A DNA stretch of 64,000 bases from Cycas panzhihuaensis (GCA_023213395.1 CM041465.1:197787741-197851740); one strand, 5' to 3'; shown: positions 24,804-39,900, numbered from the stretch's first letter. Notes: generated by a model from the sequence alone, not told the origin. Numbers and translations are program-made.

Positions 24804-27357
24804 TGGACGCGCTGTCACGGGATAACTACCTAACTGATAGGTGTGGGCGGAGTAAGTGATAAAATGATAGAAAGTGGAACCTAAAAGGCGGGTAACTACC
24901 ACGCAGAGCGCCCCGTGCGCCGGAGCGCGAGTTCGGGATCTGCAATGGAATATGGCTACTACTGGGCGACCCTTCACCACCTTGAGCAAGGGGCGAAGGT
25001 ACGTAGGACGAACCTGAGTTGACCTGGGAATAGGACCCTCCCACCCTTGGGTGGCCAGAAGGGGGGAAGAGAAGGCCTACTGGAGACAGGCCAAAAGCAA
25101 TCCTACACAACGGCCAGGATATCTGAGCGATGCGGGAAGCAATACGCTCGTGCAGTTAAGAGAAGGAAGGAAAGGTAAGGACAAAGAAAACTCTTACAAC
25201 CTTTCCTACGGATAATAGAGGGTGCATGCAACAAAGCAAATAAGTCGCAAACAAATACAAAAGCAATTTCTCCTTTTAATCTTTCAATGTTCTAATTACT
25301 AAGAAAGGAATAAAAGGAAGAACAAGGGTAGCGAAGAGGAAGGAAATGTGCACCTGGGCCGAAGGCGTGCGAGATGACGTAGCCTCTACGAGGAGCACCC
25401 AAGCACTCCGCGTGACGTACCGGATGCGGGATGTAGCGGCGGGCTAAAAAGGGGGTTCCTTACCCTCTCCGGAAAAGTAAATGCGATACCAAAGGAAGGA
25501 AAGGAACGCTAACTAGTAAATGAGATAGCATAAAACATGATACATGCAAAGAGCACTTACCTGGAGAGGCCAGCGCAACGTTCTCCGTGGCTCGAGTACC
25601 TGCAAGCAACAAGGGTCTCCCTCTTCCCGAAGGAAGAGCACTAACATGCAACGCAAAGATCCAACAATATATGTCCAGCAACATAAACAAGAGTCTAAAT
25701 ATACATGCGTTAGCATTAGTCCAATAAGGAAAATACCAAAGGAAAGTGACCCAAATGAAAGGAAACAACAAGGCAAGCCTCGGAGTGTCCTACTTCCCAC
25801 AAACGGTGCCCCAACCTCCCCCCAGGAGCCACAAGGCAGCGAGGAGAAAGTCAAGAACCAAGGCTGGAAAATGGCTGAAAAAATAGACAAGAGAGACCCA
25901 AAGATATCCATGGGGGACCGGGATGCTACAGGGAGCAAACCGGGTGACCGGGGAGCAAGGGTGAAGCAAGAACCCGTGGTTGGGGCCTATGGATGGCACC
26001 CAAACCTGAACAAAGGGTCCCAAATCAGCGCTGCAACTTGTGACAGTGCTGGTTTGGGTGACCAAAAGGAGCCTTCAAACCCTTGTTTGCAAGCCAAGGG
26101 AAGCACGGGGCGAGAGGGAGGTTTTGGGGGGAGGCCAGGAGCGTGGAAGGTGGTACTAATCCACCCAGCTCCTCTCCAAAACCTATGCAACCTCAACGCC
26201 ACGCTTTGGACAAAGAAACGCAGTAAGAAGCACGGGAGAGTGGCATATGGTCCTCCAAAGGGAGGGAAACTAACTCTCACGAAACAAGTAGGAACAAATA
26301 AGCCGAAGCATAAATATCACAAAAAGACAAATGCAAAATGAAGAGTACCTGGGAAGGGGAGGCAAAGGATTTGCCTCAGCTAAAGGACAGCGAAGAAGGG
26401 CTAGAAAAATAGCCCAGATCTGGAGTGGAGCAAGCTAGGGTCCCTGCTACGGAGTGTGACGGAAACACACAAAGCAGGAACTCGGAGGCACAGGTAGAAA
26501 CCGGTGAAACCGCTTCAAAGGAGCCCTCTCCAAGGCGTTTGTGGGGCCAAGCGTATGTCCCAGCCAAGCCAAAGGAGAGCTGGCAGATGAAGAGGTGTAG
26601 GTCCGACTTCAAACAGCAGAGAAGAGCAGAAAGGAGAGTGTTTTTCTTGAGAGCAACTCCAAAAGTGAGTCCAAAAGGATCTTTGAAAATGAGCCAAAAA
26701 GGGCTTAAGTACTCAAGCAAAACCCTAAAGCGTGCGATTAGGGCGCAGCTGGAAGAGAAATAAAGCGCGAGCCACGTGGCAGTTTCGCAATAAATACGAA
26801 ATTGCCACATGATTTTTAAAACAATCGAGATAAAGGCGTCACCGTAATATTCGCAATATCAAGAATATTCCAAATGGCATCACAAAAATCAAGCAGACGC
26901 GCCTAGGGCTAAAAATGGGGCCCACCAACCAGTCCAGGTTGGGGGCAGACGACCGAAAAGGCTGACATAATGCTAAAACACCCACCCGGGAGCAAACAAG
27001 CCAACAAAACGGGTCCAAAGGAGCAAAAATAGGGCTCAAGTGGGGTGGCAAGTTGACCAAACGATGATGAGTCATCACACGGGTGGAGGTGGCGCAAACC
27101 TAGTGGATCCTGGAGCGAGGAGGCGGATCACGGGAAGTAATATGGTCACTAGGGTGCCACACTCGCTAGGAGTGTGCCCCCGCTATAGTCGTCATAGGCT
27201 AGCATAGGTGTGGATGACTACAAGGCCGCCCACAAAGTCATACACATGCAGATACGCAAGCAAACATCCAGTAAAAGAAAGCGATGATAATGCGAGAGAC
27301 ATACCTGCACTTACCTGAGTCGGTGATTCCGTATCCATTCCTAGAAGCCGGGAAACA
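24804..27357 (-). repeat. 5' LTR of the Tat-like element
   Basis: Adjacent to the PBS, matches 15065-17614. Confidence 0.95.
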
Positions 27358-30235
27358 AAGGGATGCAATCTAAATACAATAAAAGGAACCTTGATTGAAT
27401 TTAATAAAGAGTTGAAAAGGAGCAAAATGACCCTACTATTTAGATGAATAAACTGAATATAAATGAGCAATAAATATGTTTTTGTATGAGTCCCTTTTCA
27501 ATCTACAAAAAATGCAAGGCATGCTTTAAATATAACCTTGAAATATGCTCTTTTATTTTATCTTGAATGTACTTTAAATGAATGCTTTAAAGAAGTAAGA
27601 TGACCTTAAAATAAGCAAAAAATATGCTTTATATGAGCTCTAAAGTAAAGTATATAAGCTAAGGAATAAATTAGCAGCTTCAAAACAGAGGTATTAAGAG
27701 TTAAAGACCATCTGTTTAAAGAAATTGCTTCCAAAGTCTCATTCTTCTTCAAGAGGCTAAAATATGACTAAAAAAGTATAAAATTTAAATGTGAGCTTCT
27801 AAAAATAATTAAAATCAGTCAACAATAGATAAGTAATTCAATAACATGTAGGTATGCTAAGGTAGAAAAAAAATTAGTTCAAAATAGTTGAAAATTGATC
27901 AAACTAAGGTCAATTAGAAGGCTTACCTTCACCAACCTCAAAACCTTGCAAAATAACTCAAATCTTATTAAAAACCACTTCAATGCATAGATATTCAAAA
28001 TACCTTTCTAATAGATCCAACCATTCAAAAAATAGACTCTTAAATCAAATGTTATAATGAAAATAGTACAAAGACCCTTTTAAGGTAATCAAATGAAAAA
28101 AATGGGGGTTAAGCCCCTTAGGCAAGAGGTCCCTAGTCATATGGGAGCTAAAAGAACCACTCGATAAAGGGGCTATGAACTTAAAAAAAAAAAAAAAGAT
28201 TATAAATTTTTTAAAATCTAAAATTATACAATATAGCTAAATGGGTTTTTAAATCTGCCCCCTAATCTAAAAACTAAGGTCATATAGGGTCAAAAATGAC
28301 CACCTACTAGAGCTAAAAGGAGGAATATGGACTTTAAATCTTATTAAAAATAATTAAATCTGTTTAAAACTAAAATTATAAAAAATAATTAATAAAAAAT
28401 AAAGATCCACCCCCCTTAATAATTAAATCATGGTCACGTGGGGGTCTTATGGGACTACAAGCTAGAGTCAAAGGGGTTAAACACCAAAACCACATGGCCA
28501 GACTCCAAAACTTATCAAATATAATTAAATTGAATAAAAACTTTAAGAAAAAAAAAATCTAATGAAATATGATCACACATTAATTGCACATTAACAAACG
28601 ACAAAAAAATAATTAAACTCATTCAAAAATATGATCAAATCATATTAAAATTGAATCAAATCACCAACACTAGATTGAACAAGCAAATATATATATATAT
28701 TAAATGAATTTAAATGAAAAAATAAATAAAAATGTACTATGTGCATATAATTTATAACACAGTTATAGTCAATCTATAATGATGCAGGAACCAAAGATTC
28801 TGGTTCTAATTCTTCTTAGGTCAATTTCATAAGGGATTACTCTCGAGCCTCTTAATTTTGTTCTAAGGCTTAGCATGCTGATCGAAAGATGATTCTGATC
28901 ACTCTATTACAACTTGATATTTCAAATTATATCAATACCAATGATAGGATGCATGATTCAAATCAAAATGATGGACTTCCTATGTATAATTTCTCATCTC
29001 TGAAACAAATTTTTCTATGATTTGAACCTTTTGCTTATGAAAAATTAATGTTGGGATTAGTTAGATGATATCAATTCATGCTAAAAAATGATGCAAGGGG
29101 ATAATCAACCTAGGTATATGAGATTTATGAAGGGATAATCAACCCAAGTTTGTGATATCTGTGAAGCATAGATTCCTCATCCCAAGGGGTTTCACGTAGT
29201 CAAACTGATCATGTAGATGCGACTAGAGCGATATCAAACTCAAATCATAAGATTCCTAAAGCATATAAAGAGTTTGCATCAAGTTCAAAATTGGTATCCA
29301 CAGTTGGAGACTTCAACGATAAAATGAATCCATTGTTTACTAGTTTTATTTACTTATTATCTACATGAACACCCTATTTGGAGTCTTAGCCTTGTAATGA
29401 AAAGTAATATTGGTATTGTTTAACCTAGGACACAAGATTTTACATGTGGGGACTAGATAATGATGGCTCTTCGAGTCTTTCTTATGAGGATCAAGGCCTG
29501 AATCCTTCTATGATGACTTGAGTACTTATCTTCAATGATAGATCTTTAATATGATGAATATTGGCTTGTTAGCATAGTGGCACTTAGATCTTCATACAAA
29601 ATAAATGATGGCTTGGTGACTGGATGAGACCAGGTATAGACGGTCGAAGCACCAACAGAGTACAGATGCTTCAAGTCTTTAATGTAGTTAGATCAATAGA
29701 GAAATCATCTAGGTAGGCTATGATACCAAATGTCATATACAAGGCTCTAATACCAAATGAAGATCGCAAATAAGGATACAACAGAGCAGATTTCTCTTTA
29801 AGCCATATCGAAAATCATATTGAACTATATTAATTCAATCTATTTTGTACATTATTAACAAATTTCACATAGATTGGTGGTCTTGATGAACATCTAGGGT
29901 TTTAAGCCTCGAAATATATATTCAGGAGGCAGGCAGGAGCCTGCCTCAACCTTCAAATTTAAAATATAATAAAATAATGATAAAACATAAATAAACATAA
30001 ATAAAATAATCTTACCTGATGGTTATAGTGGCTTGCATGGTCCCAAGATGCTCTTGTATAAATATGTGTAATGAACATTAATTCCAACAAAGGTGTTGAT
30101 GATCTTAATACTCTAATACCACTTATAGTGGATTTGATATCTACTACCCTAAGTAATTTTTAAGTTTTAAAAGTATTTCTTTAAAAATGAATAATTTATA
30201 TTAAAGATGTGATAATTGTACATGATTTTTAGGGT

Positions 30236-30355
30236 ATATGTGTATGTGTGTGTGTGTGCGCGTGCATGTGTGTGTGTGTGTGTATGTGTATGTATATATG
30301 TATGTATACATATATATGTATATATGTATACATACATACACACACATATATATAT
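30236..30355. repeat. Compound (GT)/(TA)/(CA) microsatellite
   Basis: Direct. Confidence 0.9.
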
Positions 30356-30691
30356 GAATGAAGTACCCTTCCAATAAGCCACATCCTTAGCTAATTAATA
30401 TATATTAATTATTAATAACATGGTTACAAGGCATGCAATAGGTTTACTTTATGTTCTTTAGCAATTAGTTTGTTTAATAAAAGTGGTCTATCAGTAGACC
30501 TATATCTCATGTTACTCTTATTAATATGTTTACTTATTTCTTTGTTTTATTATAAGTTATGTTTTTATATAACTTCCCTATTTTATATTATATAATAATT
30601 TGTATCAAAGCAATGATTTTAACTATATTGTAAACCTTTTCTTGAGTGGGAGCTTTGTGTCATAAACTTTATAGATTTTTATGTAAATAAC

Positions 30692-32164
30692 ATAATAATC
30701 ACTGTAAGGATAGAGATTGAAAAATTTAATAGCTAAAACTTTGAGCTATGGAAGTTAGAGATGGAAGACATCCTCATAAAAAAATACCAATGGATTGTTT
30801 TATTACGTACAAAGCCTACTCTTGTATCTAATAAGGATAAGAAGAAGTTGGATAAAAATGTGATGAGTTCCATTAAGTTATTCCATTATGATACAGTGTT
30901 GGAAAATATTTCCTTAGAAACTATGAACCAAATATTTATGAAATAGGTTGGGGGCTTTATATTAGATAGAGTAGTTAGTGAACAAGTTATTTCTCTAGAA
31001 GAAACTACATTCATTTAGGATGACTGGTAGAGATGCATTTATTAACCATCTCAATGCATTTAACACCATGGTAAGTTGACTAGTTTTATTTGGAATGCCT
31101 ATATATAAAAAAGACAAGTGTATCCCCATATTATATTCACTTCCTAATTCCAAAGATAATCTAGTGATGGTGATTAGTAGTACTACTTTTAGCACCCTAA
31201 AATTTAATAAAGTTATTTCCATGCCATTGTTAGAAGAGATGCAATGATAAGCTTTTAAAGAGAATATAAAAGAGGTATTATTAGTGAGGGGTTATTCATT
31301 GGATTACAACAAATAAAAACTTAAGAATAGACAATCAAAATCTAAAATAAAATCTAGATTGTTAAGGAGATACCCAGTGACATATTAGAATTATAGAAAA
31401 TCTAGCCATTACATAAGTTAATGAAAAGTTGAGAAAGATGATAAACAAAATTTACCTAAATTTACCTATTCTAACAAAGCAAATACATATAATGGAGTTA
31501 AAATTGATGTTTATTTAGCTAACTTAGGTAAGCAAACCAATGTAGAGTCTTGGTTGATTAACTATGGTGCCTCATTTCATGTGACTCCCCATAAGGAATG
31601 GCCTTATTAGTATGGATATTTTAATACATATAAAGTCTATCTATTAGATCATGGATCATAGAAAGATAAAGGTAAGGTTCAAGGCTAGAAGAATTAAAAT
31701 TATCCCTGATGTTAATCATATTCTTGGATTGGTGATGAGTTTGCTATTTTTTAGTTAATTAAGTGATGTAGGAATGGATGTGATCTTGAATAAATAGAGT
31801 TATAGAATGGTTTAAGGAACTTTAGTGTTGGTGAGGGGAAATTTGATTTAGAACACTCTATAAAGTAGATGCAAGCATTATGTGTGTTAGGAATAATAGT
31901 TTAATTATTGTAGAACATAATAGTGATGTAGATAAGACCTCAATGTTACCTACTATGAATAATATATCATGGTATAAGAAATTGAGCCACATTAAAAAAC
32001 TAGGCTTATGTGATTTATTCTTAAAAGTTATAAAGATATCTTTGGAATTGATTACTCCTTTACTTTTTGTTTTTATAAGCATTGTGTTTATAGAAAATAG
32101 AACCGAGTAAAATTTCTCTCTAACATGGAAAGAGGGAAAGAGATTCTATAATTGATACATAACA
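30692..32164 (+). pseudogene. gag: Old Copia gag-protease-early integrase, part 1
   Basis: IEKFNS*NFELWKLEMEDIL; WLINYGASFHV; WYKKLSH; degenerate PBS TGTATCAAAGC at about 30601; cut at LIH by insertion 32165-35009. Confidence 0.85.
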
Positions 32165-32486
32165 TGTTAGGTAATGTTAACCCATATGAATATCTAATTG
32201 ACATAAATCAATATGATTATCCCTCTAATATGCCCACTTGTTCAATATCTTTTAATTAGTTGCTAGAAGTGTTCTTCCTCCCCAAAGTGCTACTTCCTCC
32301 CATAAGTAACTTAGTGTTATGTCACAGCAACCAATCAGAAAATGAAAGAATGATTAATTTGAATCCCTTCCCTTCCTATTCCTTCTTCTACTAGGGGTCA
32401 TAATATGTATATTTTTTCATTATAATTAGTCATTTGTTGACTAAGCAACTTTTGGAAAATGATTAAATAATTAGGCAGTGATATGT

Positions 32487-32800
<314 letters not shown>

Positions 32801-34443
32801 TCTTTATTTTATAGTCTTATTAGATCCTAAACTTGTATATAGGCATTTAGTGGTATCAGAGGATGCTTTGCTCATACTATATTCTTATAATTAGTATAAG
32901 AGTTCTATATTAAAATTAATTTTGACCCTAAGTTAAGATGTAAGACTATAAGTATATCCACCTATTAAAGATTTATTCTAAACTTGTTTTTAGTATGCCT
33001 ATTTATGACCAATAAGGGGGATAGCTTATTTATTTGTAGGTTGAAGTTTTTCTATAAGTTATGGATGGTTTCAAACTACAGTTATATAGGGAACTTAGAG
33101 TATGTTGATGCCTATGTGATATAAATTTAGCTAGGAGCATAGGTGTTATTGTTATCTAAACTCCCATAAAGGTTTATCACACATTTGATTTGTTATTAGA
33201 TTAGTTAATTACATGTTTTACTAGTATATATATAAGTATTACATGTAAGTCCAAGAGCAGTGCTTTAGATATAAGCCTAATCAACCTATGAAGCTAGTAT
33301 TATGGTAAGTAGGCCACATATTTACCCTCTATCATTAATGGTACCATGATTGATAAGGTTTTTATGGCATGTTGATAGTAGCACATAGTTTATTAGTTCA
33401 TATTGAAGAAAATTACCAAGTTTGGGACTTAATACAGAGCTTGCTAATTTGAGAGAGCCTATACTTTGTGAAGAAAACTAGTAAAAGTACTATGAGTATA
33501 ATGAAAAATAGGTTCATTGGAGTTCCTATTCAATGGGAACATCCATCAACAAGTTAAATGTTGAAGGTTATTGTTTGATGAAGAAATTGAAGCGTTAGGT
33601 AAAGGATCTCTATATTTCTAAGTCACAATAAATTATAAGAGGTTATCTATAATTATGGTAGAGGTTATAGGCTACTTTGAGATCCATGGTGATTTATGAA
33701 GAAGCAAGAAGAGTTTATATAATTTCAATAGTTTTTTTTGTCCTTTTTTCTTGATTTTTACCTGTATTCTAGTTTGGTAGCTATTGTAGGAAATACATCA
33801 GTGTCTTTGTAGAATGCTAATTTGATTTTGAGCTTTGTCTAGCTATTATTTGGCTTCAAAACTGGTTGGGCAACTTTATTACGATATTATCTTAAGCCTA
33901 AATAGCCCCCAATATGATCACATGGATATTTTTACATGATTAGTAAGCCAAATAAAAAGTGTTAAATTTTATTTTTTACCTTTTTCACTAAATTAAATAC
34001 CTATGCTTATGGAAATAATTGTAACCCCCTCATATGGAATTATAATTGTCATTGGTTATATTGCAAAGTTGCCTTGTGAGGATTTTGAATAAGTGGTTAT
34101 AAGACATACTTTGAGGATGTTTGAAGGTAGTTTTAATTATGTGAAGTTTAGACATTGAGTTAATATAATGTTAAAATAGAGATTGCGCTTAAGAACTTGG
34201 GTGCTTTGTCATATGGTTTTACTTAGATAACCATTTATACAGGTTTATTCCATGATACAGTAGATGGGGTTGATGCTTTTTAGCTCGATTTATCTCCTTA
34301 AGGTACAACCTTGGCTAAGAGAGCCAAGAACAAGCAAAACGGGAGTTGGTTAATATTGTTTATTATGCAAATATTAGTAAACTATATATGATAAGGCCAT
34401 TCTAGAGGACTAATAGGTACAACAACTAGTTACTCATATGCTT

Positions 34444-34547
<104 letters not shown>

Positions 34548-35009
34548 CTTTTATATATACTTGAAATTAATATTTAAAGTAGTTATGTGATATGGTTTAG
34601 TATGAAGTAGGGATTGTTAGGTAATGTTAACTTATACAAATATTTAATTGATATGAATCAATGTGGTTATCCCTTTAATGTACACTAGGGAGTCATAGTT
34701 GTATACACTTCTTTATTATAATTAGTCATTAGTTGGCTAAGTGGCTCTTGGAATGTGATTGGATAACTAGGTAGTGATATGTAATATATGTGTGTGTGTG
34801 TGTGTATGTGTGTGTGTATTTGTAATAGTTTGACATAATATAATTGGAAGTGATAATTTCCTACAAGTATATTATGTTATGCATTTGTATATATTATTTC
34901 ATTTCTTATTCACTTGTATGCATTTATTTCATAGTATTATTAGATCTTGGACCTATGTATGGGTATATAGTGGTATCAGAGCATGTTTTACTCATACCGT
35001 GTTCTTTTC

Positions 35010-35707
35010 TAATAATATATTTAGACTGGTTAATGTACCTTATTTAGGTGGGTCTAAGTATTTTGTCACTTTTATAAATAATTTATTAGGAAAGACATGA
35101 GTCTACTTTATCAAGAAGAAATTAAAGGTTTTTAATAAAATCAAAGATTTCAAAGCCTTGGTAGAGAATCAAGTAGGTAGGATGATCAAGGTGTTGAAAA
35201 TTAATAACATAAGTGAGTTTTTCTTAATTGAGTTTGAATAGTTCTATAAGTTATATGGAGAAGCAAGGTATAAGATAACTCCTTATATGCCACAATAAAA
35301 TAGAGTTGTAAAATGTATGAGTAATAAAGAGATTATGGACTATGCTTATTGCTACTAATTTAGAGAATAATTTGTAAGCTAAGGCTATGAGGACTATAAG
35401 CTACCTAATAAATAGATTGCTAATGTTTATTTTGACTAACAAAATACTTGAGGAGGTATAATCTAGTAATAAACCATCTCTTAGTTCACCTTAGAGTCCT
35501 TGGTTATAAAGATTTTATGTATGTTCTTAGCTTGCAGAAAAGGAAGTTTAATTTTAAGGTGCATTAGTATATTTTCATTAGCTATGGTGATATGATAAAG
35601 GGGTATAAACTTTATAAATCTAAAATATAGAAAGTTATGTATGGTCATGATGTGGTCTTTATAGAGGAGTTCAAGTCTCTAAAATAAGAAGAAGAATGAA
35701 AACAAGA
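35010..35707 (+). pseudogene. pol: Old Copia integrase, part 2
   Basis: LGGSKYFVTFINN...FKALVENQVGRMIKVL...TPYMPQ*N; FISYGDMIKGYKLY. Confidence 0.85.
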
Positions 35708-36927
35708 TGTTACATATTTTTTTAGTATCAAGGAACCTAATTACTAGCATATGACCAAGGAACCAAGTGTTTAGTACTAGCCATTAACTTTTGTGTATGA
35801 GCTACTTATTTCCACCAATGGAATTGAATGTTACTTCTTTATACCAATGGTATTCTATTTAAAAGGACTTTGTTATCTAATGAAGGATAACCAAATGTAA
35901 ATGGAGGATTATTATATCTTGAGAACATTTATAAGAGCATAGTGTGATACATCATTAGTGATCATTTAGTGTCCATTTCATGTTCTTTTTAATGCCTTTT
36001 TTCTATAATATATCCCCTTTGGTAATTAAAATAACTTAATTTATTATCATAATATTTTTTTATTGTGCCTTTTAGGTTTAAAAGTATTTATAGAAGAATA
36101 TTGGGACATAATCATCTTAAGTAGTACTAGGGCTTAGAACACAAGTCCATTAAAGCAATAAGGTATGATCATAAAGATATAGAGGTGATGAAAATTTTTG
36201 ATTTTTTCTTTTTCTTTTTTCTTGTGATAAAATATCATAAACCTTCATTATCTTTGGTTGATATCTACTTACTTATTAAATTTTATGCCATATGCTCTCT
36301 CTACATGATTTTACCATCATTTGTAGAGATTGAGTAAAGATAACAAATATATTTGTAACCTTTTTATTTTAAAATTTCCATAAAGGTATAGGTAGAAACC
36401 CTATTATAAGGGTTTTAAAGCACCCACAACAAGTCATCACTTTTGGCCAAGCATACTTAGGTATATGTCAACATGTAAAGTGAGTTAGTTTCTACTAACA
36501 TTCAAGCCCTAGATAGTGTTTGCTTATAAAGTTAATCCTCCAAGTACCATCAAGTATATAGGAGGGCCCTTATAGAGTCCAATTCTCATAACCTAGAATA
36601 AGAAACTAAAATATTGATTAATAATTAGTGTCAGGCAGCTACTATATACAAACACCTTAGATACAAATATAGGTACCATAATCCTCTTTAGTTAGTACCC
36701 TAACATATTAGGATGAGCATTATTATGATTAAGAAGTTTATTGTATGACTTATAGGTTAGGCAAGCCCTATGTCAAAAAATTACCCAAAAAGTTAGTTAC
36801 CCAAACATTGATTTGTATTGGTAAAAACTACTAAAAAAAATAATAATCATACACAAAATATAAGGCATAAAGAAAGTTATTATAGTTAAATGATACAAAG
36901 TATAATAATAACAATCATAGTAAAGTT

Positions 36928-39900
36928 AGTAGAAGGAGCTGCAGGGGCTGGAGCCAAGGGAGCGGAACAAGATAAAGTAGGCGGAGGGACTCGAAAGTGG
37001 GTTTTGAAAGATAAAAGTTCCATGCCAAACCTAAAAAAGGCCCCAGATTTTAGATTAGAAAAGAAGGTAGGCAGGCCTCCTAAGAAGGTGACTAGGGAGA
37101 AGGAAACACTGGCCCAGATTGACCTGGGATACTAGAGTACCCTAAAGGAGGGGGGGGCAATCGAGGGCCCTCTCCTCAGAAGTAGGAAAGGTTGATCAGG
37201 GGGGTTCAGGGAGGACCATGAAGGTCTTTTATTGGAATATAAGGGGCCTTAATACCCCTTCAAAGTAGATATTGGTAAAGGATATGAGGATAAGGACAAG
37301 AGTAGATATAGTCCTACTTCAAGAGACAAAACTTGATCAGATTAAGGAAAGAGAGGTACTTAACAAGATCTGGAGCAAGGGAGAAGGGAGGACTACTACA
37401 GGACTAGTGGGCTCTAGGGGGTTGGCCTCCCTTTAGAACCCTAAAAGGTGGAATGGTTATGATGTGGTCAAAACTGAACATTTCATAACCTTATGTTTGG
37501 TATGCGTGCAAACCAAAAGGCCATGCTGGATCACTAATGTCTATGCATCCACAACAGTTAGGGGTAGGCAGAGTCTATGGGAGAGGTTAGTGGAGGTACA
37601 TAAAGATTGGGCAGGTCCTTAGCTAGTCACTAGGGACTTCAATATGGTTTTAAATATGGAGGAAAAGAAAGGGGGGCAAGAAGGATGGTCTAGGAGCATG
37701 TCTAATTTCAGAGAATTCCTGCAATTGGGTGGCCTTATGGATGTACCTCTCAAGGGGGCTAAATACACTTGGTCAAACAGAAGACTGGGACATAATAATA
37801 TTCAAAGTAGACTAGATAGAATATTAACCAACTATGAATGGATGTGCCAACATGAGGGAATTAAACTAGAGGCTCTTCTGAAATCGGGTTCAGATCATTC
37901 TCCGTTGGTCCTAGAGTCGTCCTTCCCAGGTACGTCGGTGGGGGGGCAGGGGGATTCCATTTCAAACTAATGTGGTAGAAGCATCCGGACCTTAGGGAGA
38001 GGATCAAGGAGTGGTGGGGAATCCCGGTTTCTGGATTCGCTATGTTTAAGTTTTCGAAGAAGCTAAACTAGATCAAAAAATAAATCAAAATATGGAATAG
38101 TGAGGTGTATGGAAACATTTTCGAAGATAAAGGGCGTCTACTGGAGGAGCTCAAAAACATTGAAGATAGGATCCAAATTAAGGGTAGATCTCAGGATTTG
38201 GATCAAACTGAACATATTACTACTAGAAAATTGGAAGAGGTTTTGGGTAAGGAGGAAATTCACTGGAAACAGAAATCTAGAGAGCTTTGGACAAAGGAGG
38301 GTGATAGAAATACTAAATTTTTCCATCTATCTACCTTGAGGCATAGGGCCCACAACAGGATAAGCAAATTACGAAGCAAAGAGGATGACCTACTTGAGAT
38401 GGAGGATTAGTTAGGACAAATAGCGATGGACTACTTTAAAGAGTTATATGAAGAACTGGGGTGCCAAGATCCTGATTTGAGGGCTTCCATTATGCGATAT
38501 ATTCTGAGGGTTATCTTTGAAGCTCAAAATAGTAAATTGTCAGAACCGTTCTCCCTAGCTGAAGTTGAAAAAGCTCTATTTAAAATGGAGAGGGATAAGG
38601 CTCCAGGGCCATATGGCTTCCCTCTTAGTTTCTTCCAGGAATATTAGGACATTATCAAGGATGATTTAATGCTGGCGCTAAATAAATTCTTTCATAGGAA
38701 GACAATTTTGAAAGAATGGCAGGCTACCTTTCTCGTCTTGATCCCAAAGAAGGAGGGAGTGGAAGCGATGGAAGATTTTAGACCTATAATCCTATGTAAT
38801 GTAAAATACAAAATTCTAGCCAAGGTGTTAGTAAACCATCTTAAGGAGTGCCTCCGATCCATTATCTCTCCAAACCAGGATGGATTTGTCAAGGGCAGAC
38901 AAATCACAGATGGAATAATCACAGTCCACAAAATAATCCATTTGACCTTTCATAGGAAAGAGGCAGGTATGATAATAAAAATAGATATGTCGAAGGCCTA
39001 TGATTAGGTGGCATGGGATTGTCTCTTGGAATGTTTAAAAGCATTCAGTTTTGGAGAGGTATGGTAGGAATGGATTAGATGTTGTATATCTAGGGTATCT
39101 TTCTCGGTGATTTTAAATGGGAGGTCGACATCCTTCTTTTAAGGCTATAGGGGTCTGAGACAAGGAGATCCACTCTCACTCTTCCTCTTTATAATAATGG
39201 CAGAGCTGTTAGGGAGGGCTATTGTGGAAGCTGAGAGGCTTGGGTGGATATCCAGTTTGAGGCCATCAACCAATCTGGAAAATATTGTCCACCACCAGTT
39301 TGTAGACGATAACATTTTTAAAGTAGGGTTTCCCTGAGTGAGGCTTGGGCTTTGAAAGCTAGTATTCAGGCATATGAGAGGGTATCTAATCAAAAACTTA
39401 ACCTGGATAAGAGCTCAGTCTTTTTCATCAACACTCTGGAGAGGCTGCAGCAGAGGATTAGTAGGGTTTTGGAGATTACCAGTAGACCCTTTCCTGCTTC
39501 TTACCTGGGGATGCCACTTTTTGTGGGAAAGATAGAGGAGAACCTCTGGGATCCCATCGTGGGAAGGTTTAACAGGAAGCTAGTGGGCTAGAAAGGGGCA
39601 CTACTTAGTTGGGCTAGGAAGATTTAGTTGATGGTGGCCTCTCTCCAGAGCATTCCAGTATACCAAATGTCCTTATTTAAGATGCCGGGTAAGGTTATTT
39701 TGACTCTTGAAGGCATTATGAAGAGATTCTTGTGGTTGGGGGCCGAAGAGAAAAATATATTCCACTTAGTATATTGGGAGAAGGTTTGCAAGCCCAAGTG
39801 GGCGAGAGGTCTTAATGTTAGGAGGATGGGTCTCTTTAGTGGAGCCCTTCTCGCTAAGACCAGATGGAGGCTTACCAAAGAGGTCAGCTCAGTGTGGGGG

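Larger units (their letters stand above)
15065..27357 (-). mobile_element. Young GC-rich Ty3/Gypsy non-chromoviral Tat-like element, non-autonomous (no RT or integrase core), with 3' accessory RNase H
   Basis: LTRs 15065-17614 and 24804-27357 (about 2.55 kb, TG...CA); perfect TSD AAGGG (15060-15064, 27358-27362); PBS TGGCGACCATACTGGGGA; gag, protease, INT C-tail and aRNase H inside. Confidence 0.95.
13413..30089 (-). mobile_element. Non-autonomous Copia-derived LTR element interrupted by the Tat-like Gypsy
   Basis: 332-bp LTRs 13413-13744 and 29758-30089; perfect TSD AAGGT (13408-13412, 30090-30094); PBS TGGTATTAGAGCC (tRNA-iMet type) 29743-29755 minus; PPT GGGGGAGAA 13745-13753 minus. Confidence 0.93.

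Noticed and set aside
25544-26341. 265-aa plus-strand ORF in the LTR
   Set aside because: No domain motif; broken in the sister LTR (stop at 16229-16231); expected by chance in GC-rich DNA
15065-27357. GC-rich block as contamination or horizontally transferred bacterial DNA (because of the prokaryote-like RNase H)
   Set aside because: Bounded by LTRs with a perfect 5-bp TSD inside a host element; aRNase H is a known Tat-lineage domain
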